Positions 16,473-26,795 are shown, counted from the first letter of the stretch. The stretch: 64,000 bases of DNA from Dehalococcoidia bacterium (GCA_030619865.1 JAUXAP010000003.1:135-64134); one strand, 5' to 3'. Numbers and translations are program-made. The notes: generated from the letters alone by a model not told the origin.

Positions 16473-18659
16473 ATGAATAAAATGGCTTCTCAAAAAGACC
16501 CAGCACAGGTTGAAGAGGTAATTGATGAAGCTAGTGGGAAGGTATACCTGTCCCCTTGCCAGATAGCCTGTCCCCTGGGAGAAGACATCCAGCGCAATCA
16601 TGCGATGATTGCCCTGCTTCCTCTGGATGGTCAGGAGACCATCAACCAGATTATAAAGATAGGTGACGAAATTTACGAGAAAAATCCTCTATTCCCAGTA
16701 TGCTCATATATTTGTGGGCTTTGTGAGAAAGAGTGCAATTACAAAGACCAGACCGGTGCAGTGAGAAGAAGAATGCTCGTGCGATTTCTCAACAATTATT
16801 ATCTTCCATATCTGGAGACCAAACCCCCGCTCCCTCCTCCAACCAGAGAAAAGGTTGCTTTGATTGGAGGAGGACCGGGGAGCCTAATGTGTGCTTACGA
16901 GCTAAGTAAAAAGGGCTACCAAGTGACCATCCTAGAAAGGGGCTCCCAGTTAGGAGGTGCCCTGAGATATATCCCCCACTATCGTCTGCCTACCAATATA
17001 ATTGATACTACTTTGAATAACTTGGTAAGGATTGCCCACATAGAAGTTAAGCTTGGAGTAAGGATGAGCAATGGTGGAAAAACGCTGGACGACATTAAAA
17101 ATGAAGGCTACCGAGCTGTATTCATTGCTACTGGTACCCCTAACCCCAGACCGCTTACCATTGAAAGAGAAAGAGTCACCGGGGAAGACCTAGAAGGAGT
17201 CATGTTCGGGTTGAACCTCCTCTGGGATATAAACCAGGGAAATGTTTCTCCTCACCTTTTTCAGGGCAAGAGAGTGATAGTAGTGGGAGGCGGTAATGTA
17301 GCCTTTGATGTGGCCAGGACTGCCCGACGGCTCGGTGGAGATGTTTCCATTGTCTGTCTTGAGTGTGAGGATAAATCCTCAAAAGATGGAATTCCGGCTG
17401 ATATAGAAGAAATAGAGGGCAGTAGCGAAGAGGGAATAAGGATAATTTACTCCCGAGGTGTAGAGGAGATAATCGGGGAGGATGGGAAATTCAAAAAAAT
17501 AAAGTGCCCCCGATGCACATCAGTCTTTGATGAGGCCGGAGCATTTAATCCTAAGAGTGACCGAAGTGATGTGATATATCTTGAGAGTGATGTGCTGCTA
17601 ATCACCATAGGGCAGGCCCCAGAGCGGGCATTTTTCCAGCAGGAGGGCTTGCTGGATGAGAAAGGCAAGCTTGACATTGAGCAGCTTAGCCTCATGAGCA
17701 ATCGCAAAGAAGGCATTTTCATCGGAGGCGATGTAAGACGAGTAGGCTTTGTCGCCGAAGCAATGAGAGACGGGATGATAGCAGCAGAGTCTATAGACCG
17801 CTACCTGAGGGGCAAGGACCTTAGGATAGGGAGGGAAAAGGAATATGAAAGTGCGACTATCCCGAAGCGTATAGACTACAAACCTCAGCCTGAATTGGTA
17901 TGGGCACCAGTAGAAGAAAGATTAAATTTCGAACCCTTTGAGAAGGGATTTGCACTGGAAGAAGCAGTGGAGGAGGCCAGAAGGTGTCTCTATTGCGGCC
18001 CATGTAAAAGCTGTAAAGGCTGTGTGGTACTGGGACTTCAGCCTAAGATACCAGAAATCGAATTTAATGAAGACTTGTGCATTAGCTGTGGCAACTGCGT
18101 CTATTATTGTCCTTATGATGCGGCTAAGATGGAGAGTCCAGGGGGAGTCCATTTTGATTTGGCTGCCTGTCGAGGCTGCGGCTTGTGTGTCGCCATGTGT
18201 CCGTCTCTAGCCCTGGAACTAGAAAATTGGGAAGGAGAACGCATTTCAACTTTAATCTCCCAGCTATCATCGGAAACAAAGCCACCCAAAATTTTGGTAT
18301 TCCGCTGTCAGTGGGCTGCTTCCCCACCACTGAATGAGGAACCCGCACCAAATATTCGCGTCATAGATTTGCCTTGTGCCGCCAGGGTTGATACCTTTCA
18401 CATCTTAGAGGCTTTCCAAAAAGGTGTAGGTGGTGTTTTGGTAGCGGCTTGTTCTGAAGAGGATTGTCATCGGGGGATGGGGAGCAGAGAGGCACAACGC
18501 TCAGTAGTAGCACTAAGGGAAAGGCTAGGCCAACTAGGCCTTCAGGAGAGGCTTCATTTCTGTACAGTAGCTCCAAGATACCCCGAGGAGTTCGATAAAG
18601 AATTAGAGCAGTTTAGTCAAAAAATAGAAGCTATTTGTTCAAAGGAAGGGCAAAAATGA
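16473..18659 (+). CDS. fusion protein: GltD/NfnB-like FAD/NAD(P)-binding oxidoreductase + 2x[4Fe-4S] ferredoxin + MvhD-like domain
   Basis: 728 aa. N-terminal Cys cluster, GGGPGSLMCAYELSKKGYQVTILE and VVGGGNVAFD dinucleotide folds, CxxCxxCxxxCP ferredoxin motifs, and a C-terminal ILVFRCQWAA...ACSEEDCH MvhD-like region. Confidence 0.8.
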   Translation: MNKMASQKDPAQVEEVIDEASGKVYLSPCQIACPLGEDIQRNHAMIALLPLDGQETINQIIKIGDEIYEKNPLFPVCSYICGLCEKECNYKDQTGAVRRRMLVRFLNNYYLPYLETKPPLPPPTREKVALIGGGPGSLMCAYELSKKGYQVTILERGSQLGGALRYIPHYRLPTNIIDTTLNNLVRIAHIEVKLGVRMSNGGKTLDDIKNEGYRAVFIATGTPNPRPLTIERERVTGEDLEGVMFGLNLLWDINQGNVSPHLFQGKRVIVVGGGNVAFDVARTARRLGGDVSIVCLECEDKSSKDGIPADIEEIEGSSEEGIRIIYSRGVEEIIGEDGKFKKIKCPRCTSVFDEAGAFNPKSDRSDVIYLESDVLLITIGQAPERAFFQQEGLLDEKGKLDIEQLSLMSNRKEGIFIGGDVRRVGFVAEAMRDGMIAAESIDRYLRGKDLRIGREKEYESATIPKRIDYKPQPELVWAPVEERLNFEPFEKGFALEEAVEEARRCLYCGPCKSCKGCVVLGLQPKIPEIEFNEDLCISCGNCVYYCPYDAAKMESPGGVHFDLAACRGCGLCVAMCPSLALELENWEGERISTLISQLSSETKPPKILVFRCQWAASPPLNEEPAPNIRVIDLPCAARVDTFHILEAFQKGVGGVLVAACSEEDCHRGMGSREAQRSVVALRERLGQLGLQERLHFCTVAPRYPEEFDKELEQFSQKIEAICSKEGQK

Positions 18660-19297
18660 TAGTAACAACGCAGAAGCCGTTAGATGAGATTCTAGATTTT
18701 ATCTCTCCTTATACCAATGTCTTGATAGCCGGTTGTGATGGCTGCACCCAGCCGCCAAGGGGCTTAAGAGAGGCTAAGACCTTAAGTCAACTGCTCGAGC
18801 TGGGTGGAAAGCTGAGAAATAAAGACTTCAACTTTAAAACAACCACAACGGCAAAACAGTGCGATTATTATTTGACCACCTCGGCACTTAAGCCTCAAAT
18901 AGAGGAGATGGAGGCAGTGCTATCCTTGGCTTGTGGGATAGGAGTGCAAACATTAGCTGAACTCTTCACTGAGATTCCTGCCTTCCCGGTGCAGAATACC
19001 CATTTCATGGGAGCCGAGGAAAGAGAAGCAGGTATCTTAGAAGAAAGGTGTGTTGGCTGTGGAGATTGCCTCATAGCCCTGACCGGAGGTATCTGCCCTG
19101 TTGCTAGGTGTAGCAAAGGATTACTTAATGGTGCTTGTGGGGGAAGTAAAGATGGCAAATGTGAACTAAACTCGGAGAGGGACTGTGGCTGGATTCTGAT
19201 ATATGAGCAACTGAAGAAACAGGGTAAGCTACAGAACCTTAAGGAATTTCGCCCTCCCAGGGATTACCAGCTAAGTGCTTGGAGGGTCACCACATAA
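18656..19297 (+). CDS. MetV-like protein (methylene-THF reductase C-terminal zinc/Fe-S domain)
   Basis: 213 aa from an ATG that overlaps the upstream TGA (ATGA). CVGCGDC...CPVARCSKGLLNGACGGS..GKCE motif string. Confidence 0.65.
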   Translation: MIVTTQKPLDEILDFISPYTNVLIAGCDGCTQPPRGLREAKTLSQLLELGGKLRNKDFNFKTTTTAKQCDYYLTTSALKPQIEEMEAVLSLACGIGVQTLAELFTEIPAFPVQNTHFMGAEEREAGILEERCVGCGDCLIALTGGICPVARCSKGLLNGACGGSKDGKCELNSERDCGWILIYEQLKKQGKLQNLKEFRPPRDYQLSAWRVTT

Positions 19298-19322
19298 CCA
19301 AACCAGTCTAAGGGAAAGGCAA

Positions 19323-21626
19323 ATGGTGCTGGCGGGAGTAAAGAAATTAGCCAAAGTAAGCGTGCGAGGGGTGGTGCAGGGGGTTGGCTTTAGACCCTTC
19401 GTCTATCGGTTAGCTCACGAGCACAACTTAATGGGTTGGGTGCGTAACACTTCAGGGAATGTAGAGATTGAGGTAGAGGGAGATAAAGAAACCCTGGAGA
19501 ATTTCTTGAGCGACCTTAAAGCAAAAACCCCTCCGATGGCACGCATTGAAAAGATTGAAACCACTTTCCATTCTCCAAAGGGTTATGTCAAGTTCCAAAT
19601 CTGGGAAAGTCTGAGCCAAGAGGGGAAATACCAGTTAGTGTCACCGGATATCGCTACCTGTGAAGATTGCCAGAAAGAGATCCTATCCCCTACTGACCGC
19701 CGCTTTCACTACCCTTTCACCAATTGCACTAACTGCGGTCCTCGATTTACTATTATCGAGGACATCCCATACGACCGCCCCAAGACTACCATGCACAAGT
19801 TCCAAATGTGCCCTGATTGCCAGCAGGAATATGAAGACCCCCTAGACCGGCGTTTTCATGCCCAACCCAATGCCTGCCCCAAGTGTGGCCCTCGCTTAGA
19901 GATAGTCGATGGTGATAGTAACCCTATCAAGAGCGATGATGCCATCAAGACGGCCAGCGAGCTCCTAAAAGCAGGAAAAATCCTGGCTCTTAGGGGTTTA
20001 GGCGGATTTCAGCTTGTTTGTGATGCCACCAATGAGGAAGCGATAAATCTTTTAAGGAGCAGGAAAAGGCGCCCCTCCAAACCCTTAGCCATTATGATGG
20101 TCACTCTTAAAGAAATTGAAAAACACTGCCTAGTATCTGCTGAGGAGAGAAAGCTCCTTCAATCTCTTGAGTGCCCCATTGTGCTCCTGAAGTGGAAGCG
20201 CAGCTCATCCAATATCTCCCCGGCAGTAGCTCCAAATCTAAGGTACCTCGGGGTCATGCTCCCTTACACTCCTTTGCATCACCTTTTATTAAAGGAGACC
20301 GGCCTGCCGCTGGTCATGACTAGCGGCAACCTCAGTGAAGAACCTATCGCCAAAGATAATGATGAAGCTTTAGTAAGGCTGGGGGGCATTGCTGATTATT
20401 TCCTGCGGCACAACCGGGATATTTTTGCTCGATATGATGATAGCGTCTATATGGTGGAAGGCATACCTCAGGCTATAAGACGGGCGCGTGGCTATGCCCC
20501 ATACCCCATCTTTCTTCCCTTTAGAGCGAAGCAAATCCTCGCTTGCGGGGCGGAGCTAAAGAATACATTTTGTCTTACCAAAGATGCGCATGCTTTCTTA
20601 AGTCAGCACATCGGTGATATGGAGAACGAGGAAACCCTGGAGCACTTTGAAAATACTATTGAACTTTATAAAAAGCTATTTCGCATCGAACCTGAAATCA
20701 TGGCTTATGATATGCACCCTGAATATCTCGCCACAAAATATGCCCTTCAGGTTGGCCCAGAACAAGATTTAAGCCTTATCCCTGTTCAGCACCATCATGC
20801 CCATATTGTAAGTTGCCTGGTAGAGAATGGGGTTGAAGAACCTGTTATCGGGGTAGCTTTCGATGGTACGGGGTATGGCACCGATGGCACAATCTGGGGA
20901 GGGGAATTTCTGGTCGCTGATTGGCGTAGTTTCCAAAGGGTGGGACACCTGGAATATGTTCCTCTACCCGGAGGTGCCGCTGCTATAAAGAAGCCCTATC
21001 GTATGACTTTGAGCTATCTCTATACTTTGCTGGGAGAAGACTTCGCCTTAGAAGGTCTTCCTATCAGTAAACTTGACTCAACTGAACTTGAGGTAATAAA
21101 ACAGCAACTAAAGCGGGGGATAAACTCTCTCCCGACCTCAAGTGCGGGGCGACTTTTTGATGCCGTTTCCGCCTTGCTGGGAGTGAGAGAAGAAATAGAC
21201 TATGAGGCTCAGGCAGCCATCGAGCTGGAGATGCTAACTCCGAATGAAGTGGATAAGCCTAAATTGAAAGCCTATCCTTTCTCCATTGCTAAGCATCAAG
21301 GAATGAGAGTGGTAAGGTTAACAGAACTATTCTCAGCAATCGTTCAAGATATGAAAAATCAAACTTCTATTCCCATAATATCCCTCAAGTTCCATAACAC
21401 TGTGGCTCAAATAATCGCCAGGATGTGTAAATTAATTGACGAAGACACCGGGCTAACCAAGGTAGCGTTAAGCGGCGGTGTTTTTCAAAATCGGCTACTC
21501 TTGAAGTTAGTCACCTCTGCCTTACAGAAAGAGGGCTTTAGCGTAATTACTCACCATCTGGTGCCCTGTAATGATGGCGGGATTTCCTTAGGACAAGCAG
21601 TGGTTGCCCACTTTGCCAGTATTTAG
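19323..21626 (+). CDS. hypF: carbamoyltransferase HypF
   Basis: Acylphosphatase domain VRGVVQGVGFRPFVY, four CxxC zinc-finger pairs, and YrdC-like and Kae1-like domains. ATG 19323 follows AGGGAAAGG. Confidence 0.95.
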   Translation: MVLAGVKKLAKVSVRGVVQGVGFRPFVYRLAHEHNLMGWVRNTSGNVEIEVEGDKETLENFLSDLKAKTPPMARIEKIETTFHSPKGYVKFQIWESLSQEGKYQLVSPDIATCEDCQKEILSPTDRRFHYPFTNCTNCGPRFTIIEDIPYDRPKTTMHKFQMCPDCQQEYEDPLDRRFHAQPNACPKCGPRLEIVDGDSNPIKSDDAIKTASELLKAGKILALRGLGGFQLVCDATNEEAINLLRSRKRRPSKPLAIMMVTLKEIEKHCLVSAEERKLLQSLECPIVLLKWKRSSSNISPAVAPNLRYLGVMLPYTPLHHLLLKETGLPLVMTSGNLSEEPIAKDNDEALVRLGGIADYFLRHNRDIFARYDDSVYMVEGIPQAIRRARGYAPYPIFLPFRAKQILACGAELKNTFCLTKDAHAFLSQHIGDMENEETLEHFENTIELYKKLFRIEPEIMAYDMHPEYLATKYALQVGPEQDLSLIPVQHHHAHIVSCLVENGVEEPVIGVAFDGTGYGTDGTIWGGEFLVADWRSFQRVGHLEYVPLPGGAAAIKKPYRMTLSYLYTLLGEDFALEGLPISKLDSTELEVIKQQLKRGINSLPTSSAGRLFDAVSALLGVREEIDYEAQAAIELEMLTPNEVDKPKLKAYPFSIAKHQGMRVVRLTELFSAIVQDMKNQTSIPIISLKFHNTVAQIIARMCKLIDEDTGLTKVALSGGVFQNRLLLKLVTSALQKEGFSVITHHLVPCNDGGISLGQAVVAHFASI

Positions 21627-21643
21627 CTAGGAGGCACAAAACT

Positions 21644-21874
21644 ATGTGTCTGGCTATTCCAGCACTAATCAAACGAATAGAAGATAAGGAAGCTGAGGTT
21701 GAGATAGGCGGCATAACCCGTCGGATTAGCCTTTGGCTCACCCCGGAAGCTAAAGTGGGTGATTACGTACTGCTTCACACTGGCTATGCCATAAATATCC
21801 TGGACCAAGAAGAGGCTGAAGAAACCCTAAAACTCTTGCAGGAAGTAGCCGAGGCGGCTGAGGAGAAAGGTTGA
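21644..21874 (+). CDS. hypC: hydrogenase assembly chaperone HypC
   Basis: 76 aa starting MCLAIPA. Confidence 0.9.
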   Translation: MCLAIPALIKRIEDKEAEVEIGGITRRISLWLTPEAKVGDYVLLHTGYAINILDQEEAEETLKLLQEVAEAAEEKG

Positions 21875-22965
21875 AATTTATTACTGAATTTCGGCGCTCT
21901 GAGCTGGCTGAGGGATTAATTGCCCAAATTCATCGCCGGTCCCAGACGCCGGTGCGTTTCATGGAGTTCTGCGGCGGCCATACGGTAACCATCTTTAAAT
22001 ACGGCATCCGCCAAGTTCTGCCCGAGACCATTGAAATGGTCTCGGGCCCCGGTTGTCCCGTTTGCGTTACCGCCAACGCTGACCTTGATAAGGCGATTGC
22101 CCTATCCAAAATCCCAGATGTAATCATCACCACTTTTGGTGATATGCTCAAAGTCCCTGGGAGCCGCTCCAGCTTACAGAAGGTTAAGGCTGACGGTGCC
22201 GATGTGCACACGGTATATTCCACTATGGATGCTCTTAAAATAGCCGGGATGAACCCAACTAAATCGGTGGTCTTCCTCGGTATTGGGTTTGAGACCACCG
22301 CCCCAACCATTGCCGCTTCTATCCTTCAGGCAAGAGAGAAAAGGGTAAAGAATTATTATGTTCTTTCCTTACACAAGCTCTGCCCTCCGGTGATTCGAGC
22401 TATTCTTGACTCAGGCGAGGTCAAACTCCAGGGACTTATATGTCCCGGACATGTAAGCGCCATCATTGGTTCCCACCCTTGGGAATTTATTGCTCAAGAT
22501 TACGGCATTCCCTGTGTGGTTTCTGGTTTTGAACCCTTAGATATCCTACGGTGCGTCGATATGCTAGTAGCTCAAATTGAAAATGGCGAGTCCAAGGTTG
22601 AAATTGCTTACCGACGAGGAGTGCGTCCTGAAGGCAACCAACAGGCTCTAAAGCTTATGGAACAGATATTTGAACCTTGCCCCGCTCAATGGCGAGGGAT
22701 AGGAGAGGTTCCTAGTAGCGGCTTAAAGCTGAGGAAAGAATATCAGCATTTTGATGCTGAACTTGCCTTTGATATTGACCCCGGACCCACTTACGAGCCT
22801 GAGGGTTGCATCTGCGGTGACATCTTACGAGGGGTTAAAACACCTGCTGATTGCCGACTCTTTGGTAAAGCCTGCACCCCACAATATCCAGTAGGACCGT
22901 GCATGGTCTCTTCAGAGGGCAGTTGCTCTGCCTACTACCTTTACGGAGAAGGAATTGGAGGATAA
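21871..22965 (+). CDS. hypD: hydrogenase formation protein HypD
   Basis: 364 aa with GPGCPVCV and a C-terminal Cys-rich motif. TTG start overlapping the hypC stop. Confidence 0.9.
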   Translation: MKFITEFRRSELAEGLIAQIHRRSQTPVRFMEFCGGHTVTIFKYGIRQVLPETIEMVSGPGCPVCVTANADLDKAIALSKIPDVIITTFGDMLKVPGSRSSLQKVKADGADVHTVYSTMDALKIAGMNPTKSVVFLGIGFETTAPTIAASILQAREKRVKNYYVLSLHKLCPPVIRAILDSGEVKLQGLICPGHVSAIIGSHPWEFIAQDYGIPCVVSGFEPLDILRCVDMLVAQIENGESKVEIAYRRGVRPEGNQQALKLMEQIFEPCPAQWRGIGEVPSSGLKLRKEYQHFDAELAFDIDPGPTYEPEGCICGDILRGVKTPADCRLFGKACTPQYPVGPCMVSSEGSCSAYYLYGEGIGG

Positions 22966-23959
22966 AATCCTACTAGCCCACGGTAGTGGAGGAAAACTAG
23001 CCCACGAACTGGTAGAGAAGGGCTTTCTCAAAGCTTTTGATAATCCTCTTTTAGCTAAATTGGATGACTCAGCCGTTTTTAACCTCAGCGGTAGGCTGGC
23101 TTTCACCACCGATAGCTACGTAGTGAGCCCTATCTTCTTCCCCGGTGGGGATATTGGCAAGCTGGCTGTCTGCGGCACGGTGAATGACCTGGCTATGTCC
23201 GGTGCTAAACCACTTTATTTATCTCTTTCCTTCATCATCGAGGAAGGGCTTCCCCAAGGTGAACTGAGTCAGATTGTGGATTCTATTTATAAAGCAGCCC
23301 AAGAAGCAAATGTGGAAATCGTCGCCGGGGATACTAAGGTAGTAAATCGAGGTAGCGCCGATAAACTCTTTATCAATACTGCCGGTGTAGGCATAATAGC
23401 GGAGGGGATTGACATCTCTGGCAGCAACGCCAGCCCGGGGGATAAGGTGCTTTTAAGTGGACCTATAGGTGATCATGGCATAGCTGTGGTTAGCCAGCGG
23501 GAAGGGTTAAGCTTTTCTACACAGCTTAAGAGCGACTGCGCTCCACTTGGGAGCTTAGTGGCTGAAATGCTAGAAGCCAGCTCAAATATCCACTGCTTAC
23601 GAGACCCCACCAGAGGAGGGCTAGCTACTACCCTAAATGAACTGGCAAAGCAATCAAAGGTAAGTATAAGGATTGAAGAGGAAAAAATCCCAGTGCGAGA
23701 AGAGGTTCTGGCTGCTTGCGAGATGTTAGGCTTTGACCCCCTTTATGTAGCTAATGAAGGCAAGCTGGTAGCTATAGTCCCGACTAAAGACGCCAACAAA
23801 GTTCTCAAAGCGATGCAACAAAACCACTACGCAAAAGATGCAGCTATCATCGGTGAGGTGCAAGCTGAACGCCCCGGCCGGGTAGTAATGAAAACCTGCT
23901 TGGGAGCCTCCCGAATAGTTGATATGTTAGTTGGAGACCTGCTGCCGAGGATCTGCTAA
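22955..23959 (+). CDS. hypE: hydrogenase expression/formation protein HypE
   Basis: 334 aa, PurM-like fold, ends PRIC. Confidence 0.9.
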   Translation: MEDKILLAHGSGGKLAHELVEKGFLKAFDNPLLAKLDDSAVFNLSGRLAFTTDSYVVSPIFFPGGDIGKLAVCGTVNDLAMSGAKPLYLSLSFIIEEGLPQGELSQIVDSIYKAAQEANVEIVAGDTKVVNRGSADKLFINTAGVGIIAEGIDISGSNASPGDKVLLSGPIGDHGIAVVSQREGLSFSTQLKSDCAPLGSLVAEMLEASSNIHCLRDPTRGGLATTLNELAKQSKVSIRIEEEKIPVREEVLAACEMLGFDPLYVANEGKLVAIVPTKDANKVLKAMQQNHYAKDAAIIGEVQAERPGRVVMKTCLGASRIVDMLVGDLLPRIC

Positions 23960-23960
23960 A

Positions 23961-24302
23961 ATGCATGAACTGGCCATCACTCAGAGTATGTTCGAGCTTG
24001 TTCTGGAACAAGCCGAGAAGGCTAAAGCTAAGAAAGTGGACAAAATCAACTTGGTTATCGGAGAAATGACCGGGGTTGTTGGCGACTGTGTACAGTTCTA
24101 CTTCAATTTTCTTAGCCAGGGAACCCTCGCTGAGGGGGCTACTATCTCCTTTGCCATGGTTCCACCAAAGGCTCAGTGTCAGAACTGTGACGAGACCTTT
24201 GAACTCAAAGAATTCGATTGGACCTGTCCCAAATGTGGAGATAATAAATTGCAAATCGTAGCCGGTCAAGAATTATTTGTAGAAAGTATTGAGGTGGAAT
24301 AG
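23961..24302 (+). CDS. hypA: hydrogenase nickel incorporation protein HypA
   Basis: MHELAITQSM start. CQNC...CPKCG zinc site. Confidence 0.9.
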   Translation: MHELAITQSMFELVLEQAEKAKAKKVDKINLVIGEMTGVVGDCVQFYFNFLSQGTLAEGATISFAMVPPKAQCQNCDETFELKEFDWTCPKCGDNKLQIVAGQELFVESIEVE

Positions 24303-24953
24303 ATGAAAATAAAGGTCCTGAAAGATATTCTTAGCGCTAATGAGCAGATAGCGCAGGCAAACCGCCATTTACTTAATAGTAAAGGTGTATTTGCTGTGAA
24401 CTTGATGTCCTCACCGGGCGCTGGCAAAACAAGCCTTATTCTGGAAACAATAAAGGCATTGAAAAGCAAAGTTAAGATTGGTGTTATCGAGGGTGATGTG
24501 AGTTCAAGCTTGGATGCCGCGCTAATAGGCAAAGAGGATGTGCCAGTGGTCCAAATAAACACCGGCGGAGAATGTCACCTCGATGCCAACATGGTTTCAA
24601 ATGCCATCAGCAACATGCCCCTACAGGATATTGAACTGCTCTTTATCGAGAATGTGGGCAATTTGATCTGTCCCGCAGAGTTTACTCTCGGTGAGCATAA
24701 AAAGATTTTGATTTCAAGCATCCCTGAAGGTGATGACAAGCCATTTAAGTATCCTTTAATGTTCAATAAAGCAGATGCCGTGCTAATAAATAAAATCGAC
24801 CTTCTACCATATCTAAAGTTTGATATTCAGGCCTTTTCTCAGGCAGTCAAAGGGATAAACGGAAAGGCAGAAATATTCCAAATCTCCTGTGTTACCAAGC
24901 AAGGAATTCAAGAATGGACCTCCTGGCTGCTAACCAAGATGAGCAGGAAATAA
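24303..24953 (+). CDS. hypB: hydrogenase nickel incorporation GTPase HypB
   Basis: 216 aa. P-loop SSPGAGKTS and the ENVGNLICP motif. Confidence 0.9.
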   Translation: MKIKVLKDILSANEQIAQANRHLLNSKGVFAVNLMSSPGAGKTSLILETIKALKSKVKIGVIEGDVSSSLDAALIGKEDVPVVQINTGGECHLDANMVSNAISNMPLQDIELLFIENVGNLICPAEFTLGEHKKILISSIPEGDDKPFKYPLMFNKADAVLINKIDLLPYLKFDIQAFSQAVKGINGKAEIFQISCVTKQGIQEWTSWLLTKMSRK

Positions 24954-25009
24954 GACCCATCATATGGTCAAAGAAGCCAGCAGGCTATATCTAGAATTCT
25001 ACCTCGGGG

Positions 25010-25038
25010 TTGACACCAAGGTATCATCGTAGTAATAT
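25010..25038 (+). promoter_or_regulatory. sigma70-type promoter TTGACA-17-TAATAT
   Basis: Exact -35 and good -10, 46 nt upstream of ATG 25084. Confidence 0.5.
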
Positions 25039-25083
25039 CTATGCACTATCATGACAACTGGCATGTTGGAGGATGTTATCTAA

Positions 25084-26280
25084 ATGAAAGTTCTTAAGGG
25101 TTTCGCTCTCACTATATTAAGCTTACTTCTTGGTCTGTCTCTGTCCATTTTCGGTTTATTATTTATGCTAAATAGCACTATCCTCAATCCAAACTTCATC
25201 ACCCGCGAACTAGACAGGATTGATGTAGCTGCAATAGTGGAAGAAACCCTTAGTGAGCAAGCGCCTGGAGAAGAGTTCCCAGAAGAGTTTAGAACCGCCC
25301 TAGTTAATACTATCGCCAAATTTGAACCCATAGTAAAAGAACAAATAGGCGCTGCCATCGACCCTGTCTATGATTACCTACTAGGGAGAAGCGAAAGCAT
25401 AGACTTGGCGCTCACACTAAAAAATACTTTCCTTAGTCCCGATTTCATTGCCTCCCTAATGGAGGAACTAGACATATCCGCCTTAGCCGGGGAGCTTCTT
25501 GGTGAGCAGTTCGCCGAGCAAATCCCTGAAGGCATGGAGTTTCTGACTGAGTACCTAGACGAAGCCATTGCTGAACTTGAACCGGCGATAAAAGCAGAAC
25601 TAATCGCTGCCGCCGGCCCCATATCGGATTACCTGCTGGGAGAAAGCCAGAGTTTAGATGTAGTAATATCCCTGGAACCAGTAATAGAAAGCCTGATAGA
25701 AAGCCTGAGAGAGCCTCTGAAAGAAGCCTTCATAGAATCGCTACCTCCAGAGGCAGATCAACTACCTCAGAGTGTGATTGACCAGTATTTTGAGCAGGAG
25801 TTCGCAAAATTCACCGAAGGAATACCAGAAACCTTTGCCCTTGATGAAGCCATATTCCCACCGGGGATGCCAGCCCGGATTGCTGAGGCACTAGCCGAGG
25901 CTGAAGAGAGTCTTGAGCAGGTAAGGCAGTATGTCAGCTACTTCCAGCTCACATACAAACTCCTGATTGTCTTTATGGTACTGCTAATCGTAGGTATCGT
26001 CTTCATAAATCGGCTCCAGATAAGGAGCATTACCCGTCAGCTAGGCAGCACCTTCTTGCCTATTGGAGCTCTATCGTTTGCCGGCGTTCTTGTAGCTAAA
26101 TACTTCGGTGGGGTACAGCTAGCAAAAACGGATATCCCCTCCTTCCTACAGGGGTGGCTGCCACAGGTCGCTAATGACTTCTTGGCTCCGCTACAATGGT
26201 TCAGCCTTGGTATTTTGATTGCTGGGGTAGCCCTAATCGTAACCTCTTTCGTCTATAAGCCGCGCGAACCTTCACTCTAA
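25084..26280 (+). CDS. hypothetical membrane protein with acidic internally repeated ectodomain
   Basis: 398 aa. N-terminal TM and C-terminal TM bundle. Internal repeat IGAAIDPVYDYLLGRSESIDLAL / IAAAGPISDYLLGESQSLDVVI. Confidence 0.6.
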   Translation: MKVLKGFALTILSLLLGLSLSIFGLLFMLNSTILNPNFITRELDRIDVAAIVEETLSEQAPGEEFPEEFRTALVNTIAKFEPIVKEQIGAAIDPVYDYLLGRSESIDLALTLKNTFLSPDFIASLMEELDISALAGELLGEQFAEQIPEGMEFLTEYLDEAIAELEPAIKAELIAAAGPISDYLLGESQSLDVVISLEPVIESLIESLREPLKEAFIESLPPEADQLPQSVIDQYFEQEFAKFTEGIPETFALDEAIFPPGMPARIAEALAEAEESLEQVRQYVSYFQLTYKLLIVFMVLLIVGIVFINRLQIRSITRQLGSTFLPIGALSFAGVLVAKYFGGVQLAKTDIPSFLQGWLPQVANDFLAPLQWFSLGILIAGVALIVTSFVYKPREPSL

Positions 26281-26290
26281 ACCATACCGG

Positions 26291-26719
26291 CTATTCAGTT
26301 TTCTCTAAATCGCTAGCGCTACTCTTACGCACGATGAGCTTAAGTCTGTCTTGTTCCACCACAATAACCTCCTCACCGGGGTTCATCCTCCCACTCGCCG
26401 ACTTTGCCTCCCAGAGCTCACCCTTTATCTTAATCATACCCTCCGGAGCTAGTTGGCTTACTACTTCGCCCCTGCCACCAATCATACCTGGCAGACCGAC
26501 TACCGGCTTCAGTTTAAGGGCTCGGCTACCCTTCCGATAAAAAATAATCGTAATAGTGCCCCATGCTATCATTACGATAATAAGCAAAGCAAGACCCCAC
26601 TGAGGGAGCTGAACGCCTAGTCTGGGCAAACCCACAAGCACAATTAACACCAGGGCTGCCTCCTCTAGCAAGGTGCTCAAAACAGCCCATACAAGCCTAG
26701 GCGTTATCTTTCTACTCAT
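26291..26719 (-). CDS. NfeD-family membrane protein
   Basis: 142 aa. Two TM helices followed by an OB-fold-like tail (GRGEVVSQLAPEGMIKIKGELWEAKS). Confidence 0.75.
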   Translation of the reverse strand: MSRKITPRLVWAVLSTLLEEAALVLIVLVGLPRLGVQLPQWGLALLIIVMIAWGTITIIFYRKGSRALKLKPVVGLPGMIGGRGEVVSQLAPEGMIKIKGELWEAKSASGRMNPGEEVIVVEQDRLKLIVRKSSASDLEKTE

Positions 26720-26777
26720 CTATTTCCCACGCTTTATTATAGCAGGATTGCTCCTGTTGCCGATACTCGAATATGAA

Positions 26778-26786
26778 TGCTATAAT
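26778..26786 (+). promoter_or_regulatory. extended -10 element TGCTATAAT, 9 nt before gatC ATG (leaderless candidate)
   Basis: TGCTATAAT at 26778-26786. TTGCCG lies 18 nt upstream. No SD between the -10 and ATG 26796. Confidence 0.45.
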
Positions 26787-26795
26787 TGGTAAGCA

